DNA from: Candidatus Zixiibacteriota bacterium
Lineage (GTDB): Bacteria > RBG-13-66-14 > B26-G2 > WVWN01
DNA length: 31,538 bases
Direction: 5' to 3'
Assembly: GCA_050117845.1 (NCBI GenBank)
Contig: JASFLY010000030.1
Location: 1-31,538 of the forward strand
The first letter of the stretch is position 1; each line of letters begins with the position of its first letter. The notes under the pieces were generated by a model. It was not told the origin of the DNA. It saw nothing but the letters and a program-made list of their open reading frames with translations, and searched no databases. Positions 9,583 through 19,158 of this stretch are shown piece after piece. The position numbers were made by a program, and so were the translations under genes.

Positions 9583-9941
9583 GCGATTTAACGGGCGCGT
9601 ACGGAATCCTCTTCTTCGGCACCGCGGCGGCGCTGTTGGCCGCGATGGTGGCGTTGGAGGTGTACCGCCTCCGTACGGGCAGGCCCGGGCGCTTCGTGCG
9701 CTTCAAGGCCGACGCCGGGGCCTTCGGCCTCGCGCCTCGTACCGCCGAAGTCGAACTCGACGCCGGGGAACTGATCGAGGCCACGGTTCCGGGCTGTACG
9801 CAGTGCGTGTGCCGCTTTCAACCCGGCGACGCGGTCGTCGTGACGCGGACGTCGGGCCGGTATTACGTCGGCGCGGCCCTCGTGCGGCGCCGTAGCTCCC
9901 GGCCGGATTGCGCCGCCAAGTCGGCCCCCGGCCAATCGTAA
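9579..9941 (+). CDS. Small membrane-anchored protein with CxxCxC motif (120 aa)
   Basis: ATGA overlap with the NHL gene; one N-terminal TM helix, then a beta-rich domain containing GCTQCVC. Confidence 0.75.
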   Translation: MSDLTGAYGILFFGTAAALLAAMVALEVYRLRTGRPGRFVRFKADAGAFGLAPRTAEVELDAGELIEATVPGCTQCVCRFQPGDAVVVTRTSGRYYVGAALVRRRSSRPDCAAKSAPGQS

Positions 9942-9965
9942 ACGGGCGTTTTACCCGAATCTCTT

Positions 9966-11636
9966 ATGGCATTTACGATTATCGGATACGCCACGCTCGC
10001 GGTCTTCGTCGTCGTACTGGCGCTGACGCTGTTTCGGAAGATTAACCTTCCGATTCAGACCGTCCTCATACTTATAACCCTCTTCAACGTCGCCGTGGCG
10101 GTCGGGTATCGCCTGGTGGCCGAGGGGCGGCCGGGTACGCTCCTACTCGGCAGCGAGCTCCTCAGCGGCATCATCCTCCATCCGATAACGGCCCTTCTGG
10201 CCGGCCTCTTCCTGGCCGGCGCGCTTACGGCGTCGGGCGGCTTCGACGCGCTCAAAGTCATCATCGACTGGCTCAAGAAGACGCCGCTCGGCCTGCCGGG
10301 CACGATGGTCATCCTGATAAACCTGCCGCTCATCGCGATGCTGCCGTGCGGCCGCATCCTGGGCGCGGCGCTGTTGCCGCTTCTGTTCGCCTTCGGGCCG
10401 GAGGAGATGCGCGTCGTCTCGAAGGGCCAGTTGATAGTCCTCATCGGCGCCTTCGCCCGCAACGCCTTCGGCTCCTGCGGGCCGTCGCCCATCGGCGGCG
10501 TGGGGCAGATAGGCGAGGGTTTCCTGGGGGCCCACTTCGCGGAGGCGAGCCTGGGGATACTGCGCGGGCCGCAGTCCTTCGCTCTCCTCGTCGGCACGGC
10601 CTTCATGGCCCTCTTCCTCAAAATTATTACGACGAAGATTTACCCCGAAGACTCGGCGCTCCGCGACGCCCCGCCCGGCGAAGCGGCGGAAAGCGCCAAG
10701 GCCACCGCGCCCTTCAGCGGCTACGTTTCGCTCGCCATCTTCGCGGTGGCGCTCCTCGTCGCCATCTTCCAGCCCTTCGGCAAGTACCCCGTGCAGACCG
10801 TCCTCGTGGGCGCGTGCCTCGTTATCATGCTGCTCTGCCGGGTCAAGCTGACGGACCTCATGGGCGGCATCCTCCTCATGCCGGTTACGGCGATGGCCGC
10901 CGGCTTCCTCGCCGCGGGGTCACTCTACCTGACGGGCGGCTTCGACGCGCTGAGCGGCATCCTGAAACTCCTCTCCGACTTCCGCATCCTCGGCGTCGCC
11001 GGGATGCTCGCTATCTTCGTCCAGATTCAGACCATAATGCCGCTCTCCTGCTCGCGAATCCTGACGGCGGCGCTGGTGCCGACGCTCTACCTGTTCGGCC
11101 CGGCGGGCTTCGGCCTCGTAACCTGGACCCAGCTCGCCGTCGTCATGTCGGCCTACATGATAAACGCCACCACGTCCTGCGCGCCCTCGCCTTTGGGCGG
11201 CGCGGGGATGATGGCCGAGGGGACGCTCCGCGCCGAGACCGGCTACCTCAAGGGCGCGTTCTCCTTCGCCTCGATGGCCGTTATGGCGCCGCTGGCCGCT
11301 ATATTCATGAAATTTATAAACCTCGAGATCTTCACGGCCGAGGGCTTCGTCCAGAACCTTCCGGCCCTCCTCATCGCCGGCGCGGTCGTCATCGTTATCA
11401 ACCTGGTAATGGTGAGGTTGGTCGGAACCTTCACGGGGACGAACATCCAGCGCGGCTGGAACGTCCAATTCGCCGTATTCCTCTTGACCGGCGCGGTCGC
11501 CGGCGCCATGCTCGCGTACGCGCTCTACGACTTCAACTGGGTCGCGGCGGGCCAGGGGGCCTTCGGCGGCATCATCGCCGCCCTGCTCATCGGCATCATG
11601 ACGCCCAAGGCCGTGAACGTGCCAAAGCCGGCCTGA
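9966..11636 (+). CDS. Polytopic transporter-like membrane protein (ion-transporter superfamily, CitM/DASS-like) with an internal two-fold repeat and four paired Cys
   Basis: Highly hydrophobic; the halves repeat GGFDAL...C-x-RIL-x-AAL-x-P...FGP...NA-xx-SC-x-PSP-x-GG. The superfamily call is inferred from architecture. Confidence 0.7.
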   Translation: MAFTIIGYATLAVFVVVLALTLFRKINLPIQTVLILITLFNVAVAVGYRLVAEGRPGTLLLGSELLSGIILHPITALLAGLFLAGALTASGGFDALKVIIDWLKKTPLGLPGTMVILINLPLIAMLPCGRILGAALLPLLFAFGPEEMRVVSKGQLIVLIGAFARNAFGSCGPSPIGGVGQIGEGFLGAHFAEASLGILRGPQSFALLVGTAFMALFLKIITTKIYPEDSALRDAPPGEAAESAKATAPFSGYVSLAIFAVALLVAIFQPFGKYPVQTVLVGACLVIMLLCRVKLTDLMGGILLMPVTAMAAGFLAAGSLYLTGGFDALSGILKLLSDFRILGVAGMLAIFVQIQTIMPLSCSRILTAALVPTLYLFGPAGFGLVTWTQLAVVMSAYMINATTSCAPSPLGGAGMMAEGTLRAETGYLKGAFSFASMAVMAPLAAIFMKFINLEIFTAEGFVQNLPALLIAGAVVIVINLVMVRLVGTFTGTNIQRGWNVQFAVFLLTGAVAGAMLAYALYDFNWVAAGQGAFGGIIAALLIGIMTPKAVNVPKPA

Positions 11637-11660
11637 CGACCCTGATACGTTAATCCGCCG

Positions 11661-11686
11661 GCCGCCGTCTTCGCGGCGGCTTTTTC
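11661..11686 (+). terminator. Intrinsic terminator
   Basis: GCCGCCG-tcttcg-CGGCGGC followed by TTTTT. Confidence 0.75.
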
Positions 11687-11701
11687 AACGCCGGAACGCT
11701 T

Positions 11702-13231
11702 ATGGCGGCGACCTTTCTATTCGTAATTAAGGGAACCGCGCTGGTCGAGCGCTACGGCGTGATGATGCTGGCCGCCGTCCTCAAGAAGGCGGGACACCGC
11801 GTCCACCTCGCCCGGGCGGGACGGCTGGGGGCCGAGGGCCTGCGGCGGAAGGTCGACGAACTTCAGCCCGCGGCGCTCCTCTACAGCGCGATGACGGGCG
11901 AGCACCAGTACCTGTTGGAGGTCAACCGCCGCGTCAAGGAGACGTACGGGGGGATGTCCGTCTTCGGCGGGCCCCACGCGACCTTCTTCCCGGAGATGAT
12001 TTACGAGGACGGCGTGGACGCCGTGTGCCGGGGCGAGGGCGAGGGGGCCGTGGTCGAGCTGGCCGACGCCCTCGCCGAAGGCCGGGACGTCGCCGGCGTC
12101 GAGAACCTCTGGGTCAAGCGGGACGGCGAGGTAATAAAGAACGGCCTCAGGCCGCTGGTAGACGACCTGGACGCGCTGCCCTTCGCCGACCGCGAAATCC
12201 TGTACGAGGGCGACGCGGCCTTACGCGACCACCCGACGAAAATCTTCTTCGCGATGCGCGGCTGCGTCTACCGCTGCACCTACTGCTTCAACCACGAGTT
12301 CAACGACATGTATCGCGGCGTCGGCGGCGAGGGGGGAGACGGGGGGGCGGCGCGGGTGTGCCGGACGCGGAGCGTGGACGGCCTGCTCGACGAGATGAAG
12401 TACGTCCGGGAGAATTGGCCGCTCCGCTACATGCAGATAGACGACGATACGTTTTTATTGCACAAGAAGGAATGGCTGGAGGAATTCGCGGAACGCTTGC
12501 CCGCCGAGGTCGGCGTGCCGTTCATGTGCAACGTCCGCGTGGACCTGGTGGACGCCGCCCGCGTGCGGTTGTTGCGCGAGGCCGGTTGCCGGGCGGTGTG
12601 GATGGGCGTGGAGGCCGGCGACGCGCAAGTGCGTCAGGAAATACTGGGCCGACCCCACACGGACGAGGAGATAATCGCCGCGGTGCAGCTCCTCCGGCGC
12701 AACGGCATCCGCGTCGCGACGCAGAACCTCTGCGGCCTGCCCGTGCCGGACCCCGTCGCTGTGGACCGCCGAACGCTCGAGCTCAACGTCGCCTGCCGGC
12801 CCGACTTCGCCTGGTCGTCGTTGTTTTACCCCTATCCCCGGACGGAACTCGGCGCCCGGGCCCAGCGCGACGGATACTACGACGGCTCGCTGGCCGACGT
12901 CCCGGAGACCAACAAAATAAACTCGATACTCGACTGGGGGGACGAACGGACGCGGCGCCGCGTCGAGAACCTGCACAAATTCTTCGGCATCGCCGTCGAG
13001 TTCCCGTGGCTGTGGCCGCTGATCCGTCGGTTGATAAACCTCAAACCCAATCGGGTGTTCGTGTGGGCGTTCTTTTTATGGTACGGTTACTGCTGGAAAA
13101 CGCGCATCGAGAAGATACCGTTCACGCCGCGTACGATCTTCTCGCTTTTCCGCACGCTCGTCGAATATCTGGGCGGCGTTAAGGAAATGGGGCCCGCCCC
13201 GTCGGAGGGGACGCCGGCCTCGGCTTTATAA
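11702..13231 (+). CDS. B12-binding domain radical SAM protein
   Basis: N-terminal cobalamin-binding-type domain (FGGPHAT, CRGEGE), CxxxCxxC (CVYRCTYC), DDTF, GVEAG, PYPRTEL. Confidence 0.9.
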   Translation: MAATFLFVIKGTALVERYGVMMLAAVLKKAGHRVHLARAGRLGAEGLRRKVDELQPAALLYSAMTGEHQYLLEVNRRVKETYGGMSVFGGPHATFFPEMIYEDGVDAVCRGEGEGAVVELADALAEGRDVAGVENLWVKRDGEVIKNGLRPLVDDLDALPFADREILYEGDAALRDHPTKIFFAMRGCVYRCTYCFNHEFNDMYRGVGGEGGDGGAARVCRTRSVDGLLDEMKYVRENWPLRYMQIDDDTFLLHKKEWLEEFAERLPAEVGVPFMCNVRVDLVDAARVRLLREAGCRAVWMGVEAGDAQVRQEILGRPHTDEEIIAAVQLLRRNGIRVATQNLCGLPVPDPVAVDRRTLELNVACRPDFAWSSLFYPYPRTELGARAQRDGYYDGSLADVPETNKINSILDWGDERTRRRVENLHKFFGIAVEFPWLWPLIRRLINLKPNRVFVWAFFLWYGYCWKTRIEKIPFTPRTIFSLFRTLVEYLGGVKEMGPAPSEGTPASAL

Positions 13232-13245
13232 TATAGGATATTAAT

Positions 13246-13800
13246 ATGTGGCTCGCGCTGGCATATATAATCTGCATCGTGGCCGCCCGGACGCTGACGT
13301 CGCTCGGGAGGCCCCGCCGCACGCTGTCCGACTTCTTCCGGGCCCTCCTCGACCCTACTTTCCACTTCATCGCGCTGGCGTCGCTCGTAGCCGTCGTCGT
13401 CCCGCTCCTCGAATACGTAATCATCCGGCCCGCGCAGTGGCTGCCGCTCAATATAATCGGCGGCGCGTTAGTGGTCGGCTCGGGCGTCCTGGCCTGGACC
13501 GCCAACCGGCAGTTGGGCGCGGCCTTCACGCCGTACGTGGACAACAAAGCGGCCGAGCGGCGGATAATAACCGCCGGCATTTACGGCCGGATCCGGCACC
13601 CCCTGTACACCGCGGGTTTTATGTTGACGACCGGCGCGGTACTTATGTTATGTTCCATTATCTCTTGGTTTTTTACCCTTATTTGCTGGGTCGCCATCGT
13701 CGTTCGGACGCTGCGCGAAGAGCATCTATTGAAACGCAATATGGACGGGTACGCCGACTATATGCGGCGGACCAAACGTTATATCCCCGGAGTATTTTAA
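13246..13800 (+). CDS. Isoprenylcysteine carboxyl methyltransferase / PEMT family membrane protein
   Basis: 'ITAGIYGRIRHPLYT', 'REE', 'Y-x-x-Y-x-x-R-T-K-R-Y-I-P'. Confidence 0.88.
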   Translation: MWLALAYIICIVAARTLTSLGRPRRTLSDFFRALLDPTFHFIALASLVAVVVPLLEYVIIRPAQWLPLNIIGGALVVGSGVLAWTANRQLGAAFTPYVDNKAAERRIITAGIYGRIRHPLYTAGFMLTTGAVLMLCSIISWFFTLICWVAIVVRTLREEHLLKRNMDGYADYMRRTKRYIPGVF

Positions 13801-13818
13801 AGCGCAATTCGAGGTATT

Positions 13819-16170
13819 ATGGATAGAGGACGCATTCTATTATACGCCGGCTTGGCCGCCCTCGCGGCCGCCGTCTTCGCGTTCGCCGCGTACCTGCGGC
13901 AGGCTCTCGCCGTTTCCGCCGGCTTCGACGCGGCCGTGGTCGTCGCGGCCGGGTCGCTGCTCGGCTTCGCCTTCGGCGCGGCCTACGTGGCGATCCTGGG
14001 TTCCCGGGCCGGGAAGAACCCGGCGGGTTCGCTGGCGTTTAATTCGATATTGTTCGGCGCGACGGCGCTCATAGTGGGCATCGGCCTAGGCCGCATCTCG
14101 CTGGACGTGGCCGGTTCGTCCTCCGGGTGGGCCTGGCTGATGCTGCTTGTTTACCTGGCCTTCGGCGCCCTTCCGGGCCGGTTCGCCGGCGTCGCCTTCG
14201 GCGTCGCGTTCCGCCTGCAGGCCGGCGAGCCCAACCGCGTTTACGCCTTATTATTGGGCGGCGCCGGAGCCGGGGTACTGCTCGCGGCGGCCGCCTTCGC
14301 GCTCTCCGGTCACGCCGCCGCGCTGGCCTTAATCGTGGTGCTTGCCGCGGCCGCGGCCGGGATGTTTTATTTCGAAACGTCGAAGGCCAAACTCGCGGCG
14401 CCGGCCGTCCTGGCGCTAGTCGCGATAATCCTGCCGTTCGCCGCGCCGTCCCTCTTCGTCCTTGCGCCGACGCCGGGGGCTTTCCTCGGGGCTTCGGGCA
14501 ACGAGGTAACGCGCGTGGCTTGGAGCGCGTCCTCCCGGGCGGAGTTGTCCGCCCCCGGGCCGGGGGAGAAGGACGCGGCGGCCCTCGCGGCGGCCGGCGG
14601 CGACGTCGTCCCCGTTTTGCCCGAACACCAGTGGCTCACCGTTAACGGCCGGGCGGCCTCGCCCGCTCTGGGGGGCGACGCCGCGGGCGAGTTCCTAAAG
14701 AACTACGCGCCGGCGTTCGCTTGCCGCCTCAAGATGCCGGAGGCGGCGTTGGTGGTCGGCGGCGGCGGTTTCGACGCCGCGACCATGGCGGCGCTCTGCG
14801 CGGGCCGCGTCGACCTCGTCGTTGACGGGGCCGTGCGCGAGGTCCTCATGGGCTCGGGTTACGCCGACGAGATGTTCGACCCGGCCCGAGTGAATATCCA
14901 CGCCGGCGACGGCCGGAGCTTCCTGCGGGGCCGCTCCGACATGTACGACCTTATATTCCTGTCACCGGCCGAAGTCCCGGTCCCGGGCGAGGCGGCGCCG
15001 TCGCTCGCGCCCGACTACGGCCTGACCGTTAGTGCCTTCCGCGAATACTACCGGCACCTGAAACCCGACGGCGTAATCGCCGTCGTGGCCCGCTCCGGAG
15101 AAACGCCCGGCCCCGCCCACAAACTCGCGGCCACGCTCTACCGGGCGCTGCGTGATGAGGGCGAGCTTCAACCCGCGAACGACATCGTGATATTCGAGCG
15201 CGGCGGCCTGGTCGTCATCTTCGCCGAACCCGGCGGCTTCGACGCGCTGGAGGTCGAGGGACTGGCCGGAATCGCCGGCGAGGACTTCGAGCCGCGCTAC
15301 CTTCCGGGTCACAAGCCGTCGGGCGACGCGGCCGAGTCGTACGCGACGCTCCTCACGGTCGACGCCCCGGCGGGCGATTACGGCAAATACGAATACGACG
15401 TACGGCCCGCCACCGACAATCGGCCCTTCCCGGTATCTCCCGCCGAGGGAACGGGCCTGTCGCTTTCGGCCGGCAACGTCGGCCGGCCTTTCGGCGTCTC
15501 CGTCCTCGTTCTGACCGTCGTTTTCGGGGCGGCGCTGCTGCTGGTGACGGTTTTCTTCTTCCGCAAACAAAAAGTGACGACGGGCGGAAAGGGTGCCTTC
15601 GCGCTGTACTTCCTGGTCGTCGGTATGGCGTTCGCGGCGCTGGCGACCAGCTTCCTGTCCAAGGTCTCTTTCTATCTCGGCGGCGGCTCGTGGAGCGGCC
15701 CGACGGCCTTCGCCATTCTGGCCGTCGTGGCGGCCGCCGGTAGTATGCTCAGCGGCAAGATAGCCCGGCGGCGCCGCTGGCTGCCTTTCGTGATGGTGGC
15801 GGCGGCGACGCTGTTGTACCTTTTCGCTTTCGACGCGCTCTTCGCCGCGACCGCGGGGTGGGCCTGGCTGGTTCGCTTCTACGTGGCCGTGGTGCTGGTG
15901 GCGCTGGTCGGCTTCTTCCTGGGGGCGCTGGCGCCCGTGGGGTTGGCCGCGGCGGCCGGCCGGGGGCCGGCGATGCTTCCCTGGTTGCTGTCGGCCTATA
16001 TCCTCGCGTACGTCTTCGGCGACGTCGGTTCGCAACTGCTCGCGGCCGCGGCCGGCTTCCGGGTGACGGTGGGCGTGGCCTTCGTGCTGCTGATAGCCGG
16101 GTGGGTCGTGTTCACCCGGGCCTCGCGGAGCCACCTGCCGCCGGTCGCCGAGGAGGCGGATTCGCCATAA
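13819..16170 (+). CDS. Membrane protein with central spermidine-synthase-like (SAM-fold) domain, degenerate
   Basis: TM block - soluble domain - TM block; retains GDGRSFL, YDLIFLS, HLKPDG, PATDNRPF. Confidence 0.75.
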   Translation: MDRGRILLYAGLAALAAAVFAFAAYLRQALAVSAGFDAAVVVAAGSLLGFAFGAAYVAILGSRAGKNPAGSLAFNSILFGATALIVGIGLGRISLDVAGSSSGWAWLMLLVYLAFGALPGRFAGVAFGVAFRLQAGEPNRVYALLLGGAGAGVLLAAAAFALSGHAAALALIVVLAAAAAGMFYFETSKAKLAAPAVLALVAIILPFAAPSLFVLAPTPGAFLGASGNEVTRVAWSASSRAELSAPGPGEKDAAALAAAGGDVVPVLPEHQWLTVNGRAASPALGGDAAGEFLKNYAPAFACRLKMPEAALVVGGGGFDAATMAALCAGRVDLVVDGAVREVLMGSGYADEMFDPARVNIHAGDGRSFLRGRSDMYDLIFLSPAEVPVPGEAAPSLAPDYGLTVSAFREYYRHLKPDGVIAVVARSGETPGPAHKLAATLYRALRDEGELQPANDIVIFERGGLVVIFAEPGGFDALEVEGLAGIAGEDFEPRYLPGHKPSGDAAESYATLLTVDAPAGDYGKYEYDVRPATDNRPFPVSPAEGTGLSLSAGNVGRPFGVSVLVLTVVFGAALLLVTVFFFRKQKVTTGGKGAFALYFLVVGMAFAALATSFLSKVSFYLGGGSWSGPTAFAILAVVAAAGSMLSGKIARRRRWLPFVMVAAATLLYLFAFDALFAATAGWAWLVRFYVAVVLVALVGFFLGALAPVGLAAAAGRGPAMLPWLLSAYILAYVFGDVGSQLLAAAAGFRVTVGVAFVLLIAGWVVFTRASRSHLPPVAEEADSP

Positions 16171-16171
16171 T

Positions 16172-17953
16172 ATGAGAAAAAGTTTATCGTTGTTAATGTT
16201 ACTTCTGCTCGTCGGTTCGGCCGTCGGGGCGTTCGCCCAGGAGAGTGTGGACGAGATGCTCGAACGGGCCGCCCGGCTCGAGGAGGAGAAGAAGATATCC
16301 GAGGCCGTTACGCTCTACGGGGAGATACTCGAGAAATACCCCGAGGAGCCGCGCGCCTACAATCACTTCGGCGCCATCCTCCTTCGCGTCGGAAAGGTGG
16401 AGGAGGCCAAGTTCGCCTTCACCCGGGCGACCGAACTCGACCCGGATTACGACGTCGCGCTCAACAACCTCGGTTACGTTTATTTGAACGAGGGGGATTA
16501 CGAAAGAGCGGGGCCCCCGCTTATCGCCGCCGCGGAGATGAACCCCGACGGCGACTCGGCTGTCAACAACCTCCGGTTATATTACGTTTTGCAGAATAAA
16601 TACGAGGAGGCCGCGGCGGAGTGGGAGAAATTGAGCGGCCTCGCCCCGAAAAACGCCCGCCTCAAGCGCGACCTGGCCGAACTCTACATTCAACTGGGCG
16701 ACCTCGAAGCCGCGGAGAAATGGGCCCGGGAGACGCTCGTCCTCGCCCCCGACGACGTCGAGGCGCGTTTGGACCTCGCTTTCGTCTACCGTCTCACGGG
16801 ACGGCTCGACGAAGCGGAAGCGATACTCGAAAAATTGGCCAAGGCTAACGCGGATAACGCCGAAGTACAGATAGCCCTGAGGGACGTATACTTCGCCGCG
16901 GGGAAACTTGAGGACGCCCTGCGCGTGGGCCGGACGGTGTTGGAAGTCGAGCCGGAACCGGTGCCGGAAAACCACCTGGCGCTGGCGCAGATATATTACG
17001 GCCTGGGCCAGTACGATGACGGCCTGGCCGAGTGCGGTCGGGCCCTGTCGCTCAAGGACGACGCGGCCGGCCGCAACCTGCGCGGCCTGGGGTACTTTCT
17101 GTCGGGCCGGCTGGACGAGGCCGAGGCGGAACTGAGTATGGCCGTGGCCCGGGAGAAGAGTTACGCCGACGCCCATCGCAACCTGGGCGACGTCTACTAC
17201 CAGAAGTGGCTCTTCGAGCAAGCCCTCGAGCATTACCGCACGGCGTACGAGCTGGACCAGCGGGACCTGCGCTCGTCCGTCATGGCGGGATATTGCCTCT
17301 ACCAGATGGGCGTCACGGGCGACGCCGAGGCGATTTTCGACGACGTTCTGTCGAAGGCGCCGAAAATGGTCAAGGCCCTTAACGGCAAGGCCGCGGTGAT
17401 GCGGGCCCGCGGCGACTGGACCGGGGCGCTGGAATACTCCGTCAAGGCGCTGGAGGTGTCGCCGAACAACGCCGAGGCCCTTAACACCGCCGGCGTTCTC
17501 TCGGCCGAGGTCGACGACTTCGAGGCCTCCTATAAATACCTGAAAAGATTGATAGCGCTGAACCCTTCCGAGGGGTACGCCTACGCCAACTTCGGCGTGG
17601 CCGCGGTTCGGACGCGCCGCTGGGAAGAGGCCCACGAGGCGTTCGCCGAGGCCGTGACCCGTGACCCGGGGGATTTCCAGGCGCAGGCCGGCCTGGCCGT
17701 CGCGGCCTTCAAGCTGGGGCGCCGGGACGAGGGCGAGGCCGCGCTCGCCGTGGCCGCGGGGATGAGCGAGGCGCATCCGGTAGTGCTGTACGGCCGGGCC
17801 CTGGCGGCCGAGGCCGACGGCGACGCCGCGGCCCGCGACGAATACTTCGCCGCCATCCGCCAGGTTAAACTCGAATACGAGGAGAAGGGCGCTGTGGCCG
17901 ACGTCCTCACGGGGTACGTTTTCGAGGAGGTGGCCGGGTCGCCCGGCGAGTGA
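16172..17953 (+). CDS. Secreted multi-TPR protein
   Basis: Signal peptide (AFA-Q) and many TPR units (ALNNLG, AHRNLG, AYANFG). Confidence 0.9.
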   Translation: MRKSLSLLMLLLLVGSAVGAFAQESVDEMLERAARLEEEKKISEAVTLYGEILEKYPEEPRAYNHFGAILLRVGKVEEAKFAFTRATELDPDYDVALNNLGYVYLNEGDYERAGPPLIAAAEMNPDGDSAVNNLRLYYVLQNKYEEAAAEWEKLSGLAPKNARLKRDLAELYIQLGDLEAAEKWARETLVLAPDDVEARLDLAFVYRLTGRLDEAEAILEKLAKANADNAEVQIALRDVYFAAGKLEDALRVGRTVLEVEPEPVPENHLALAQIYYGLGQYDDGLAECGRALSLKDDAAGRNLRGLGYFLSGRLDEAEAELSMAVAREKSYADAHRNLGDVYYQKWLFEQALEHYRTAYELDQRDLRSSVMAGYCLYQMGVTGDAEAIFDDVLSKAPKMVKALNGKAAVMRARGDWTGALEYSVKALEVSPNNAEALNTAGVLSAEVDDFEASYKYLKRLIALNPSEGYAYANFGVAAVRTRRWEEAHEAFAEAVTRDPGDFQAQAGLAVAAFKLGRRDEGEAALAVAAGMSEAHPVVLYGRALAAEADGDAAARDEYFAAIRQVKLEYEEKGAVADVLTGYVFEEVAGSPGE

Positions 17954-19155
17954 GGCCGGTACGTTATATATGTGTCCTGGCCGCGCTGGCCGCGGCCGCG
18001 GCCTTCGCCCACGAACACGAGGGGCACGCGGGCGATTCGCCGGCGGCCTTTATGGAGCACGCGTACGACCTGCTCGAAGGCCGGCGGGCGGAGGAGGCCC
18101 TGGCGTTCCTCCAGTTCGGCCTCGACCATTACCCCCTCGACCGGGACCTGAACTTGCTTTACCTGGAGGTCCTCCGGGAAGAGGCGCTGGAACTCATCGC
18201 TCAACCCCTATACGCCGAAAAGCTCGAGCACCACGACGACGAGCCGATATTGCTGTACGCCGCCGGCTTCCTGTCGGACGACGATGAGGAGAGTTACGAG
18301 TTATATAAAAGGGCGATCGGACTTGATAATAATTTCGCGCCGGCCTACGTAGGTACGGCCGAGATCCAAGCCCGCCGGGGTGACCACGCCGGTACCCTAA
18401 ATATGTTAATCCGGGCGCACGACGCCGACCCCGATTATTACCCCGCGTACGCCCTGGAAGGCGAACTCGAGTTGGCGCTCGGCAATATCGATAAAGGCGT
18501 CAGGTATCTGAAGCGCGCCGTCGAGGGAAGCCGTTACGCGCCCGCGGCCCGGGCCGCCCTCGCCGGGGCCTATCTCGAGGCGGGAGACGCCGAGGCCGCC
18601 CGGGACGAATACCGCCGGGCCATCGCGCTGAGCCAGGACCGGGGCGAGTACTACCTGGGGCTGGGCCGGGCCCAGGAGGAACTGGGCGAGGTCGCCGCCG
18701 CCCGCCTCTCGTACGAGACGGCGTTCGCCCGGGCGTACGGTCGTTTGTCGATAGGCGTTGCGGCCCGTAAAGCGGCCGGGCGCTTGGCCTTCGAGGAGGG
18801 CGACTACGTCGGCGCGGCCGAACACGTCGGCTGGGCCGTCGCCTTCGACGAGGACGACGCCGAACTGCACGCGTACCTCGGGGAACTGTATTTAATAGTG
18901 GACAGGCCGGCCGAGGCCGCGGCCGAGTTCACCTGGGCCGCCGACCTCGAGCCGGAAGAGGGCCGGTACTGGCTTAAGGCGGGGCGGAGTTGCGCCCGGG
19001 CCGATCTGCTCGAGGCCGCGGAAGAGGCGCTCGGCAAGGCCGTAGCCGCGTTGCCCCCGGATGAAGCGGCCGAAGCGGAGCGGGAACTCGCGGCCGTACG
19101 GGCGCGCCGGGCGGAAGAGAAGACCTTGGAACCGGAGTCCAAACCGGAGGAATAG
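17950..19155 (+). CDS. Secreted multi-TPR protein
   Basis: GTGA overlap with the upstream gene; signal peptide followed by HEHEGH; TPR-like helical repeats. Confidence 0.85.
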   Translation: MRPVRYICVLAALAAAAAFAHEHEGHAGDSPAAFMEHAYDLLEGRRAEEALAFLQFGLDHYPLDRDLNLLYLEVLREEALELIAQPLYAEKLEHHDDEPILLYAAGFLSDDDEESYELYKRAIGLDNNFAPAYVGTAEIQARRGDHAGTLNMLIRAHDADPDYYPAYALEGELELALGNIDKGVRYLKRAVEGSRYAPAARAALAGAYLEAGDAEAARDEYRRAIALSQDRGEYYLGLGRAQEELGEVAAARLSYETAFARAYGRLSIGVAARKAAGRLAFEEGDYVGAAEHVGWAVAFDEDDAELHAYLGELYLIVDRPAEAAAEFTWAADLEPEEGRYWLKAGRSCARADLLEAAEEALGKAVAALPPDEAAEAERELAAVRARRAEEKTLEPESKPEE

Positions 19156-19158
19156 GCG

